Shown here: positions 1 through 8,869 of the stretch, piece after piece | Numbering within the stretch: position 1 is the stretch's first letter | How the letters are laid out: each line of letters begins with the position of its first letter | Source: Gemmatimonadota bacterium | Lineage (GTDB): Bacteria > Gemmatimonadota > Gemmatimonadetes > Gemmatimonadales > GWC2-71-9 | NCBI GenBank assembly: GCA_039588295.1 | Contig: JBDHAB010000005.1 | Coordinates: 1-64,000, forward strand | Direction: 5' to 3' | DNA: 64,000 nucleotides | Made by a program: the position numbers and the translations under genes | Notes under the pieces: generated by a model | Told to the model about the DNA's origin: nothing | Database searches by the model: none | What the model saw: the letters and a program-made list of their open reading frames with translations, nothing else

Positions 1-211
1 TGGCATCATCCGACGAGCCCCAGCTAAACGTCTCGCCCACCACCGCATTGCCGTTGGCATCCTGCGCCTCCGCCGCCAACTGCACCGTCTCATCGATCGC
101 CGTCAGCGTCGACGACGCAGGGGACACCGTCACCTCGGCGATCCCAATGGGTTCCGTTCCGCAGCTGCCGGTCGCCAGGAGGACGGCAAGGAGAACGCCA
201 ACGAAACGCAT
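1..211 (-). CDS. Partial (runs off window start) lipoprotein with bacterial Ig-like (Big_2-like) domain
   Basis: Manual translation from ATG at 211: MRFVGVLLAVLLATGSCGTEPIGIAEVTVSPASSTLTAIDETVQLAAEAQDANGNAVVGETFSWGSSDDA. Signal peptide with lipobox-like Cys, then a V.VSP...V.L.A...DA.GN...W.SSD pattern typical of Big_2. Not in the ORF track because the stop lies outside the window. Confidence 0.75.
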   Translation of the reverse strand, partial: MRFVGVLLAVLLATGSCGTEPIGIAEVTVSPASSTLTAIDETVQLAAEAQDANGNAVVGETFSWGSSDDA

Positions 212-1125
212 CAGTCGGTTCACTGTTGCTCGCGTACAACGTGTGTGTGCGCGGAGGGCGGGCTGCTGCTGATCCGAAATCAACGGAATCTCATGACTAG
301 ACACTTGCGGGCCTTTCGTTCGCGCTGGGTGCCAGGTACGTCAAGCATCGGAAGAGCCTTCTGACCGGCGTTCAAACTCAGTAGCACCGCCGACTTTCCT
401 AGCTAGATGCAAAAACCGAACCGGAAACGTCATCACTCGTCGGCATCCCTTTCGATTGGCGAGGCCGACAGCCTCGCTTCGCAAGCGTGCTGCGAACACG
501 ATCGGTCCTGGACTCGCTGTTCAGATCGCCCGAACGTGTGGGAGAAGCGCGACACGTTACCAGACTCTCAGTCAGTATCGGGTATTCGCTGTTGCCTTCC
601 GCCGACAAATGTAAGCAGAGTGGACCAGCAGGAAGTCGCTCTTCGTCGTCCTTCCTCTGCAGGACGAGCCTGCCTCTTGCCGTTGTTGCGGTGGATTCAG
701 TCTTGATGCGCGGTTTGAACATCCAGCCGTTTCCGGCACCAGTACTGTCTGGCGGCGGGGTCGGCGCGTCGCGGCAGATTCAGAGGTGTTGGGATCTCCT
801 GTTGCTTCTTCTCCTACTGGCGTTGACATGCAGAGAAGAAGCAACCAGGACAAAGAGCTGATGATATCCCACCCGTAGGTGGCAGTTCCCGAAGCGCCAA
901 AAGGAAAGTGGCGGCTCCCCGGATGCCCGATCGCGGGATAGGATCGGGTACGCAATCACCATCCTGACGAACCGAGCCACCACCAATGTCTGCTCGAAGA
1001 CCCTCCCCGAAAATGCCGCTGAACAAGGACGTGCTCCGGCACGCGTCGTGTCGCGACGGACAACGGCGTGCAGGCGGACACTCCCCTCCCCCTCACAGAC
1101 CCTCTCTCACTTTCCCACTCCTGCG

Positions 1126-3372
1126 CTAGACCTCGTCGAGCGCATCCAACCCAGTCAGGATCTCCCGCGGCTTCGACCCGTCCGGCGGTCCCAGGATCCC
1201 CGCCTCCTGCAGCTGGTCGATAATGCGCGCCGCGCGGCCGTACCCGATGCGCAGCTTGCGTTGGAGCAACGAGGTCGAGCCCAGCTGGTTGTGAATGCAG
1301 ACCTCTGCCGCCTCGCGGAACAGCGGGTCACGATCCTCGAGCGCACCCGGACGCTCGGCACCCGTCGAATCCGCTTCCTCCATTGCCTGGACGGCCTCCA
1401 GGATATCCGCCTCGAGCTCCGGCACCAACCCCTCCTGCCCGCGTTGCGCCTCGTGCTCCGCCACCCGCTCCGCGTACCACTTGGTGAGCGCCTCGGTGTC
1501 CTCCGTGGAAATGAAGGCGCCCTGGACGCGAACCGGCTCGCTCTTGCCCGGCGGCAAAAACAGCATGTCACCATTGCCCAGCAGGGTCTCGGCACCGTTC
1601 TGATCCAAGATCGTCCTGGAGTCCACCTTCGACGCCACGCGGAATGCCACGCGGCAAGGGAAGTTGGCCTTGATGAGTCCGGTGATGACGTTCACGCTGG
1701 GCCGCTGCGTGGCGAGGATGAGGTGAATCCCCGTGGCCCGCGCTTTCTGCGCGAGGATTGCCAGCGGCTTCTCCACCTCACTCTGGACCGTCATCATGAG
1801 GTCGGCCAACTCATCGACGATGAGCACGATGTATGGCAACGGGCCGCTTTCGTATGGAAGCGGGAAGCCCAACGTGCCGTCCCCGTCCTCACGATGGACC
1901 TCGTCCTCTCTCCCCCCCCGCTCACCCTTTGCCACGTCCACCAATCCCCGCCCCTCCGTCACGAACCGGTTGAAATCCCCCATCCCTCGCGCCTTGTTCG
2001 CATGAAACAACTCGTACCGCCGCTCCATCTCCATCATGATCCATTTGAGCGCCTGGGCCGCCTGTTTGTTGTCCGTGACCACCGGATGCCGGAGATGTGG
2101 CAAGGCGTTGTACAGTGATAACTCGACCATCTTGGGATCGATCATCAACATCCGAAGCTCGCGCGGCGAGTAGCGGTAGATCAGGCTCGTGATGATCGAG
2201 TTGATGCAGATCGATTTCCCCGTTCCGGTGGCACCGGCAATCAGGAGGTGCGGCATTCTTCCCAGGTCGGCGACGATGGGCTTCCCCTCGAGGTTTCGAC
2301 CCAACGCTACCGGCAGCGTGCCTCGCGCGTGGTCCCACTCCGCAGTCTCGAGCAGCTCTCGCAACGTGACGATGCGAGGCTTCGGATTGGGAACCTCGAC
2401 ACCCACGGCCCCACGGCCCGGAATTGGCGCCACGATCCGAATCGATTGTGCCCGCATCGCCAGCGCGAGATCGTCCGCCAGTGCGGCGATACGCCCGACC
2501 TTGACGCCAGGCGCGGGGGCGACCTCGAATTGGGTCACGACCGGTCCTGTGGTGCGGCCGACGATCTTTCCCTCGACCCGGAAGGTGGCCAGCGTGTCGA
2601 TCAACACGTGCCCCTGATGCGCGATCGCGTCTTCCCAATCCTCCACCTCTTCGCGCCGGGGTGCCGTGAGCAGATCGACGGGCGGAAGCTCGTCCACCAC
2701 GTCTTCCCGGTCTGTCGCCGCGCGGCGGGCGCGGAAACCCCCGAGTCCGCGCCCCTTCAGACGGGCCGGTTTCTCCTCTCCGGCTTCGCGCTCACCACTT
2801 TCCTCCCACAGGTCGAGTGGGGGCTCGGGTGGCTCCGCTAAGGCAGGCGGGTGGACCCGGCGCTTCTCGCCCTCGGCGGGCGTCAACCGCCGGAACGGAT
2901 GCCAATCCAGGCTGTAGATGGTGAGTGCCGAGATGGCGAGCAGGCCGATGATGACCGCTCCCGCCGTCCCAACCACCCCGGAGATGCCGACGGCGAGGGC
3001 CGCAGGCACGATCCCGGTCAGACGCTGTGGGGTGGTCCAGTCCTGATAGTCCGCGGGGAAATCGCCTGGCGCACGAGCCCCGGTCACAACGGCGATGGCA
3101 AAGGGAACGAGGACGATGAGACCCACGCACAGCACCGCGACGCGCACGATGTCGAACCGCGGGAGGCGGCCGAAGGCGGCAAGGCCGACACCCAGGCCCA
3201 CCAACGGAATCGCTGCAGTGCCGACACCGAGGTAGCGCCAGAGCAGGTGGCCAACCCAGCGTCCGAACGGGCCCGTGATATCCCACGGAAGGAAGGTCAA
3301 GGCAACGAAGACGCCAGCCAGGAGCGCCCCGATCGCGAGCAGTTCCTGACGGTGGCGCGGCGTCAACATCAT
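1126..3372 (-). CDS. ftsK: DNA translocase FtsK/SpoIIIE
   Basis: N-terminal TM segments; PHLLIAGATGTGKS Walker A; IDPKMVEL; IVDELADLMM; ATQRPSV; C-terminal gamma domain STSLLQRKLRIGYGRAARIID. Confidence 0.97.
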   Translation of the reverse strand: MMLTPRHRQELLAIGALLAGVFVALTFLPWDITGPFGRWVGHLLWRYLGVGTAAIPLVGLGVGLAAFGRLPRFDIVRVAVLCVGLIVLVPFAIAVVTGARAPGDFPADYQDWTTPQRLTGIVPAALAVGISGVVGTAGAVIIGLLAISALTIYSLDWHPFRRLTPAEGEKRRVHPPALAEPPEPPLDLWEESGEREAGEEKPARLKGRGLGGFRARRAATDREDVVDELPPVDLLTAPRREEVEDWEDAIAHQGHVLIDTLATFRVEGKIVGRTTGPVVTQFEVAPAPGVKVGRIAALADDLALAMRAQSIRIVAPIPGRGAVGVEVPNPKPRIVTLRELLETAEWDHARGTLPVALGRNLEGKPIVADLGRMPHLLIAGATGTGKSICINSIITSLIYRYSPRELRMLMIDPKMVELSLYNALPHLRHPVVTDNKQAAQALKWIMMEMERRYELFHANKARGMGDFNRFVTEGRGLVDVAKGERGGREDEVHREDGDGTLGFPLPYESGPLPYIVLIVDELADLMMTVQSEVEKPLAILAQKARATGIHLILATQRPSVNVITGLIKANFPCRVAFRVASKVDSRTILDQNGAETLLGNGDMLFLPPGKSEPVRVQGAFISTEDTEALTKWYAERVAEHEAQRGQEGLVPELEADILEAVQAMEEADSTGAERPGALEDRDPLFREAAEVCIHNQLGSTSLLQRKLRIGYGRAARIIDQLQEAGILGPPDGSKPREILTGLDALDEV

Positions 3373-3373
3373 G

Positions 3374-4117
3374 TCAGGCTCGGTTGGGAACCGTGATCAG
3401 CCGCTTGGCAAAATGCGGCACCGCGGTCTGGGAGTCGAGGTCCGTCGCCGTCGCGACATCGGCCCGCAGCGCGGTTGCCTTGAGCGCGCGGGCGGCGGCA
3501 CTGGCGGTGATCGCACGCTTCCACTTGTCACCGTAGCGTCGCACCAGCTCCAGCGCCGCGATCGCACCATCGTTGAGGCTCGCCGACCGACGCTGCGGGC
3601 CAGGGATGAGCGCGTGCGCAAACCGTCCAGCCGCATACGCGTCCTCGAGGGCGAACATCCGTTCGCGGCCACTGCACAGAATGCTGATCTCACCGTGCTC
3701 TTCGAATGCCGCCCTGGCCTCTTCGACCACCGCGGAGAAGTTGGTCACGGCCCCGATCAGCACGGGATTCCCTGCCTCGACGGCGGTGATGGCGGGGGTA
3801 CCGTTCGTCGTCGCCATGACCAGGGTCTTCTCTCGGACCACAGCTTCCGTCATTTCCCGGGGGGAGTTTCCCAGATCGAACCCCGGAATCGGCACCATAT
3901 CGCGCTCACCGCAGAGCAACACGGCATCCCGCTCGAGATTCTGCGTGATGCGAAGCGCGTCGTCGGCCGTCGCCACCGGCAGCACCGCTTTCGCACCGTT
4001 CGAGAGGGCCGCGACAATCGTCGTCGTGGTTCGCAACACGTCCACCACCAGCACCGGCTTCCCGCTGATCTGGTGCGGCGTGACGCCCAGCGGAGTGAAA
4101 TAGACTGAGAGCTTCAT
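3374..4117 (-). CDS. comB: 2-phosphosulfolactate phosphatase (ComB) family protein
   Basis: [40 protein letters not shown] motifs; ATG at 4117 overlaps the accC stop (ATGA), so the ORF-track N-terminal extension was trimmed. Confidence 0.88.
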   Translation of the reverse strand: MKLSVYFTPLGVTPHQISGKPVLVVDVLRTTTTIVAALSNGAKAVLPVATADDALRITQNLERDAVLLCGERDMVPIPGFDLGNSPREMTEAVVREKTLVMATTNGTPAITAVEAGNPVLIGAVTNFSAVVEEARAAFEEHGEISILCSGRERMFALEDAYAAGRFAHALIPGPQRRSASLNDGAIAALELVRRYGDKWKRAITASAAARALKATALRADVATATDLDSQTAVPHFAKRLITVPNRA

Positions 4118-5472
4118 GCCGCCGGCTTGAAGAGCTCTTGTTCCCGCTCCAGGAACTTCGTATCCACCGCTCCCGATTGGAAGTTCGGATGCTCGATGAT
4201 CCGCTGCAGGAACGGGATATTGGTCGTGATGCCCTCGATGATGAACGAGTCCAACGCCTGATGCATCCGGATGAGCGCCTCGTCTCGCGACCGTCCGTGC
4301 ACGATCAATTTTGCGATCAGGGAGTCGTAGTACGGCGGGACCGTGTACCCCGCATAGATGTGCGTGTCGACCCGCACGCCGGGACCTCCCGGCGGATGAA
4401 ACGCCGTGATGGTACCGGGTGACGGCTGGAAGTTGCGGAACGGATCTTCCGCGTTCACGCGGCACTCGATGGCGTGGCCCCGGACGCGGCTGCCCTTGAG
4501 GTTGAGGCCCACCCGTTCGCCGGCCGCGACGCGGATCTGCTCCTTCACGAGATCGAAGTTGGTGACCATTTCGGTTACCGGGTGCTCGACCTGGATTCGC
4601 GTGTTCATCTCCATGAAGTAGAAATGGTCGGCCGGATCGAGCAGGAACTCGACCGTTCCGGCTCCGACGTAGCCGATCTGATGCGTCATGCTGATGGCCG
4701 CCTCGCCCATTTGCTCGCGCAGTGCCTGCGTCACCGCAGGACTGGGAGCTTCTTCGATCACCTTCTGATGGCGCCGCTGAATCGAGCAGTCGCGCTCACA
4801 CAGGTGTACGACTTTGCCGTGCCGGTCGCCCATGACCTGGATCTCCACATGCCGCGGCCGTTCGAGATACTTCTCGATGTAGACGTCGGCCGACCCGAAC
4901 GCTGCCAGCGCTTCGTTTCGGGCGAGCGAGAACGACTGCTCGAAGGCGGCCGCCTCGGCCGCGACACGCATGCCTTTCCCACCTCCACCGGCAGCGGCCT
5001 TGATGATCACCGGGAACCCAATCTCCTGAGCGACCCGCCGCGCGTCCTCCGTGCTCTCGATCGTCCCTTCGGACCCCGGGACCACCGGAATGCCCTGCTC
5101 CTGCGCCAGCTTCCGGGCCATGGCCTTGTCACCCATGAGCCGGATCTGCTCCGCGGTGGGACCGATAAACGTGATGTTTGAGGCCTCGCACGTCTCGGCA
5201 AACTCGGCGTTTTCGGCGAGAAACCCGTAGCCGGGGTGAATCGCGTCGGCTCCGGTGATCTCGGCCGCCGCGATGATATTGGGGATGCGCAGGTATGACA
5301 ACCGACTGGGTGGCGGGCCGATGCACACATCGTCGTCCGCGAACCGGACGTGCAGTGCATCGCGATCCGCCTCGCTGAAGACAGCAACCGTCTCGATCCC
5401 GAGTTCTCGGCAGGCTCGGATGACCCGTAGGGCTATTTCCCCGCGGTTCGCAATCAGGACTCTCTTGAACAC
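4114..5472 (-). CDS. accC: Acetyl-CoA carboxylase biotin carboxylase subunit
   Basis: [54 protein letters not shown]. Confidence 0.97.
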   Translation of the reverse strand: MFKRVLIANRGEIALRVIRACRELGIETVAVFSEADRDALHVRFADDDVCIGPPPSRLSYLRIPNIIAAAEITGADAIHPGYGFLAENAEFAETCEASNITFIGPTAEQIRLMGDKAMARKLAQEQGIPVVPGSEGTIESTEDARRVAQEIGFPVIIKAAAGGGGKGMRVAAEAAAFEQSFSLARNEALAAFGSADVYIEKYLERPRHVEIQVMGDRHGKVVHLCERDCSIQRRHQKVIEEAPSPAVTQALREQMGEAAISMTHQIGYVGAGTVEFLLDPADHFYFMEMNTRIQVEHPVTEMVTNFDLVKEQIRVAAGERVGLNLKGSRVRGHAIECRVNAEDPFRNFQPSPGTITAFHPPGGPGVRVDTHIYAGYTVPPYYDSLIAKLIVHGRSRDEALIRMHQALDSFIIEGITTNIPFLQRIIEHPNFQSGAVDTKFLEREQELFKPAA

Positions 5473-5475
5473 GTG

Positions 5476-6651
5476 CTACTGGGTCAGCCCTTCCAGCCCC
5501 GCTTCCTCCTCCCTGTCCTTCTCCATGACCTCGTCGGCGAACGTGCGATCTGAGGTCCCCTCGATCCCCGACACGCGCAGCGCGAACTCGTTCGGGTTCG
5601 TGGAGTAGAAGAGGGCCATCTCGTAGCTAATCTTGCCCTGCTGAAACCACTGCATCAGGGACTGATCAAAGGACTGCATCCCGTATTGGATGGCTCCTTC
5701 CTTGATCAGATCGGGGATGTTGAGCGCCCGTTCTGCATCGCGAATGTTGTCTCGCACCGCGGCGGTGTTGATCAACACTTCGACCGCCGGTACCCGGTGC
5801 TTCCCGTCCTTCGTGGGCACCAGACGCATCGAGGTCACGGCCTCGAGTGCCGTCGCCAGGAGGGAGCGGACTGCGGTGTGTTCGTGCGGCGGGAAGAACG
5901 AGATCACACGGTTGATCGTCTGCGTCGCGTCGGTCGTGTGGAGCGTCGAGAACACTAGATGGCCCGTATCCGCCGCCTTCATGGCAGTATCGAGTGTGAC
6001 TCGGTCGCGGATCTCACCGATCAAGATGACGTCGGGATCCTGACGCAGGACGTGTCTGAGCGCGGCTTCGAACGACAGCGTGTCGGACCCGACTTCACGC
6101 TGGGCGACATTGGCAATACCGTCTCGATGGAGGAACTCGATTGGGTCCTCGATGGTGATGATGTTGCAGCGACGGCGCTGGTTGATGTGATTGACCATCG
6201 CCGCGAGCGCCGTCGACTTGCCCGATCCCGTGACACCCGTGACCAGCACTAAGCCACGGGGCTTCATGGATACCGTCTCGAGGACTTTGGGAAGGTTGAG
6301 CTCCTGGAGGGTCTTCACCTCATACGGAATCGATCGAAAGACGAACGCCAGCGTGCCACGCTGTTGAAACACGTTCGTACGAAACCGTCCCACCCCTGGC
6401 ACGCCGATCGCGAAATCCGCCTCCTTGTGCTCGGCGAACTCTTTGACCTGACGTGGGGTCATGAGCTGTTCCGCCAACGCCTTGAGTTCCTCCGGCTTGA
6501 TCGGCTGCTGTGCAAGTTGCACGAGCTCACCTGCCACGCGCACCGTCGGGGGGCGGCCGACCTTGAGATGGAGGTCGGAAGCGTCCATCTGCACCATTTC
6601 GGTGATGGCGCCTTTGAAGTTGAACGTTGAGGCGTTCGCTGCTTCAGCCAT
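5476..6651 (-). CDS. pilT: PilT/PilU family type IV pilus retraction ATPase
   Basis: [15 protein letters not shown] Walker A, TIEDPIE Asp box, LRQDPDVILIGEIRD, TGHLVFSTLHT His box, AVRDNIRD (AIRNLIRE-like), GMQSFDQSL; start placed at MAEAANA. PilT versus PilU is not resolved. Confidence 0.9.
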   Translation of the reverse strand: MAEAANASTFNFKGAITEMVQMDASDLHLKVGRPPTVRVAGELVQLAQQPIKPEELKALAEQLMTPRQVKEFAEHKEADFAIGVPGVGRFRTNVFQQRGTLAFVFRSIPYEVKTLQELNLPKVLETVSMKPRGLVLVTGVTGSGKSTALAAMVNHINQRRRCNIITIEDPIEFLHRDGIANVAQREVGSDTLSFEAALRHVLRQDPDVILIGEIRDRVTLDTAMKAADTGHLVFSTLHTTDATQTINRVISFFPPHEHTAVRSLLATALEAVTSMRLVPTKDGKHRVPAVEVLINTAAVRDNIRDAERALNIPDLIKEGAIQYGMQSFDQSLMQWFQQGKISYEMALFYSTNPNEFALRVSGIEGTSDRTFADEVMEKDREEEAGLEGLTQ

Positions 6652-7159
6652 TGGGATCCACCCTGAAAAGCACGTGTCCAAATTCCACGGGCTGCGTATC
6701 CTGCACGCAGACTTCCTTGATCACCCCCGTGATCTCGGCATCGATCGGGTTCATGATCTTCATTGCCTCGATAATGCAGAGCGGCTGTCCCACTCTGATG
6801 CGGGAGCCGACCCGAACGTAGGGCTCTGCACCCGGCTCCGGCTGCGCGTAGAACGTCCCGACCATCGGCGATTTGATCTCCTGAAGATTCACCGGACTCG
6901 GTGCCTCCGGTTCCCCATGGGCCTCTGCCGGAGGGGCCGCCGACGCCGGCGGGGCCACCGCACTCGGATTATCGGCCGGTGGAGGCACCGCAGCTGCGGG
7001 AGCCGCGACCTGATATGTCACCGGCCCCGAATTCGACAGATGCGTGTCCTTCGACACCCGGATCGTCGTGCTCCAGAGATTCTTCTTGACCTCGATCGCT
7101 CCGGCACTGGTGGAGTTCAGGAGCTCGAGGAGCTTTTCCAGAAACTTGAGATCGATCAT
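6644..7159 (-). CDS. accB: Biotin carboxyl carrier protein
   Basis: SPMVGTFY and IIEAMKIMN biotinylation motif after an Ala/Pro-rich linker. Confidence 0.96.
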   Translation of the reverse strand: MIDLKFLEKLLELLNSTSAGAIEVKKNLWSTTIRVSKDTHLSNSGPVTYQVAAPAAAVPPPADNPSAVAPPASAAPPAEAHGEPEAPSPVNLQEIKSPMVGTFYAQPEPGAEPYVRVGSRIRVGQPLCIIEAMKIMNPIDAEITGVIKEVCVQDTQPVEFGHVLFRVDPNG

Positions 7160-7716
7160 ACGCGCTCGAGGTACTTGTCTTCGCGTCGGTCGACGCGGAT
7201 AATCTGGCCCTGCTCGATGAAGAGGGGCACCTGTACCACCGCACCCGTCTCGAGCTTCGCCGGCTTCGTTCCACCCTGCGCCGTATCACCCCGCACCCCA
7301 GGGTCGGTCTCGACCACTTGAAGCTCAATGAAGTACGGCAGCTCGATCATCAGCACCTTGTCATCATGGACCAGTCCAGAGCACTCCATCGCCTCCTTCA
7401 GGTACTTGAGCTGGTCCTCGCCAATCACATCGTCGTTGATCGGGATGTCCTCGTACGTCTGCATGTCCATGAAGTGGTAGAGATGCCCGTCGTGGTACGA
7501 GTACTGTACGGGCCTCCGCTCCAATCGCACTTCCGTCACACGCTCGCCGGCGTTCCAGGTGCGGTCGAGCACTGCGCCCGTCTTCACGTTCTTGAGCTTG
7601 CTCCGGACAAACGCACCGCCCTTACCGGGTTTCACGTGCTGGAAATAGACAATTTGGAACAGCTGTCCGTCAATCTCGAGCACTGTGCCGTTCCGGAAAT
7701 CTGCCGTCGATGCCAT
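7156..7716 (-). CDS. efp: Elongation factor P
   Basis: HVKPGKGGAFV loop, PGVRGDTA, KPAKLETG, VPLFI. Confidence 0.97.
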   Translation of the reverse strand: MASTADFRNGTVLEIDGQLFQIVYFQHVKPGKGGAFVRSKLKNVKTGAVLDRTWNAGERVTEVRLERRPVQYSYHDGHLYHFMDMQTYEDIPINDDVIGEDQLKYLKEAMECSGLVHDDKVLMIELPYFIELQVVETDPGVRGDTAQGGTKPAKLETGAVVQVPLFIEQGQIIRVDRREDKYLERV

Positions 7717-7718
7717 CG

Positions 7719-8810
7719 CTACCGTAATTCTCTCAGTTCGATCTGCCCGTCCGACAGGAGCTCGGACCCATCCGGCCCCAGGAACACATCATCCTCGAGC
7801 CGCACCCCGCCCCACCCTGGAACGTAGACGCCGGGCTCAATTGTCACCACTGCCCCGCTCGGGAGCGGCTCGGCGCTGGTGCGGCTCACGCGCGGCGCCT
7901 CGTGCACCTCGAGACCCAGCCCGTGACCCAGCGAGTGCCCGAACGCGTCTCCAAAGCCTCGGGCCTCGATGAGGGAGCGCGCGAGCCGATCGACATCGCA
8001 CGCGATCATGCCGGCCCGAATGTTCGTCCTGGCAGCAATCTGCGCCTCGCGCACCAACTCGTAAACCGTCCGCTGCCTGTCATCCGCAGGCGCTCCAACG
8101 ACGACGGTCCGCGTGATGTCGGCGCAGTATCCGTCCACCTGAGCCCCGAAGTCAAGCAGCAACCAGTCGCCGCAACCGATCACGCGTGTGCTGGCTCCCG
8201 CATGCGGCAGGGCCGCGCGCGGTCCCGAGGCCACGATCGTGGGGAACGGGTGCCATTCACTGCCCCGCTCCCGCAGTGCCCGTTCGAGCTCGGCCGCGAC
8301 GTCGATCTCGCGCTGCCCCACCCGCACGTGCTCGAGCGTGGCGGCATATGCGTCCAGCGCGATGTCGGCCGCTGCCCGAATGGCACGGACTTCGGATGGG
8401 TCCTTCTGTACCCGCAACCCTTCGACCACGTCGGCCACCGGCTCGAGCAGCGGCTTCATGAGCTCCGCGATCCGCTCCGCCTGCTTGACGGTACACGCGT
8501 GCGACTCGAAGCCCAGGACCTCTACCCCCGCATATTCCCCCATGAGGCTCCCCACCCGCTCCCAGACGTCCGACGGCGCGATCTCGATGCGGGCGTGATC
8601 GTTGATCTCCTCGTGGGCCTGCGCACGGTACCGGAAGTCCGTCACCACGATCGTTTCTTGGCGCAGCACCACGGCCACACCCGCCGTGCCGGTGAACCCG
8701 CTGAGATACCGCACGTTCGGGAGGTGCGTGACGAGGAGTCCGTCCAACTCGCGCTCTTCGAGGACGCGAAGGAGCGCGGCGCGCCTGTCATCGCGGTGAT
8801 CAGTTCGCAT
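7719..8810 (-). CDS. Xaa-Pro aminopeptidase (M24B) family peptidase
   Basis: NVRYLSGFTG, PH, LDFGA..DGYCADITRT, HSLGHGLGLEVHE, TIEPGVY, GGVRLEDD. Confidence 0.93.
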   Translation of the reverse strand: MRTDHRDDRRAALLRVLEERELDGLLVTHLPNVRYLSGFTGTAGVAVVLRQETIVVTDFRYRAQAHEEINDHARIEIAPSDVWERVGSLMGEYAGVEVLGFESHACTVKQAERIAELMKPLLEPVADVVEGLRVQKDPSEVRAIRAAADIALDAYAATLEHVRVGQREIDVAAELERALRERGSEWHPFPTIVASGPRAALPHAGASTRVIGCGDWLLLDFGAQVDGYCADITRTVVVGAPADDRQRTVYELVREAQIAARTNIRAGMIACDVDRLARSLIEARGFGDAFGHSLGHGLGLEVHEAPRVSRTSAEPLPSGAVVTIEPGVYVPGWGGVRLEDDVFLGPDGSELLSDGQIELRELR

Positions 8811-8869
8811 GATCGGGGAGCGCTACGAGGCCGCCAACTCCGCGCTCGAGTCGCTCACACAGGGCCCAC

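Noticed and set aside
900..920. AAGGAAAGTGGCGGCTCC, resembling the RNase P RNA GAGGAAAGTCC motif
   Set aside because: The match is imperfect and I found no downstream CAGAA...GGCTTA element to complete P4.
399..1026. Short ORFs in the spacer downstream of ftsK
   Set aside because: They overlap one another, show no recognisable motif or clear SD, and none can be supported as a CDS.
3374..4465. N-terminal extension of the comB ORF (similar extensions on tsaE, tsaB, rimI, nadD, carB and the wbp genes)
   Set aside because: The extensions overlap upstream genes in other frames, and coupled starts at the upstream stops explain the conserved domains.
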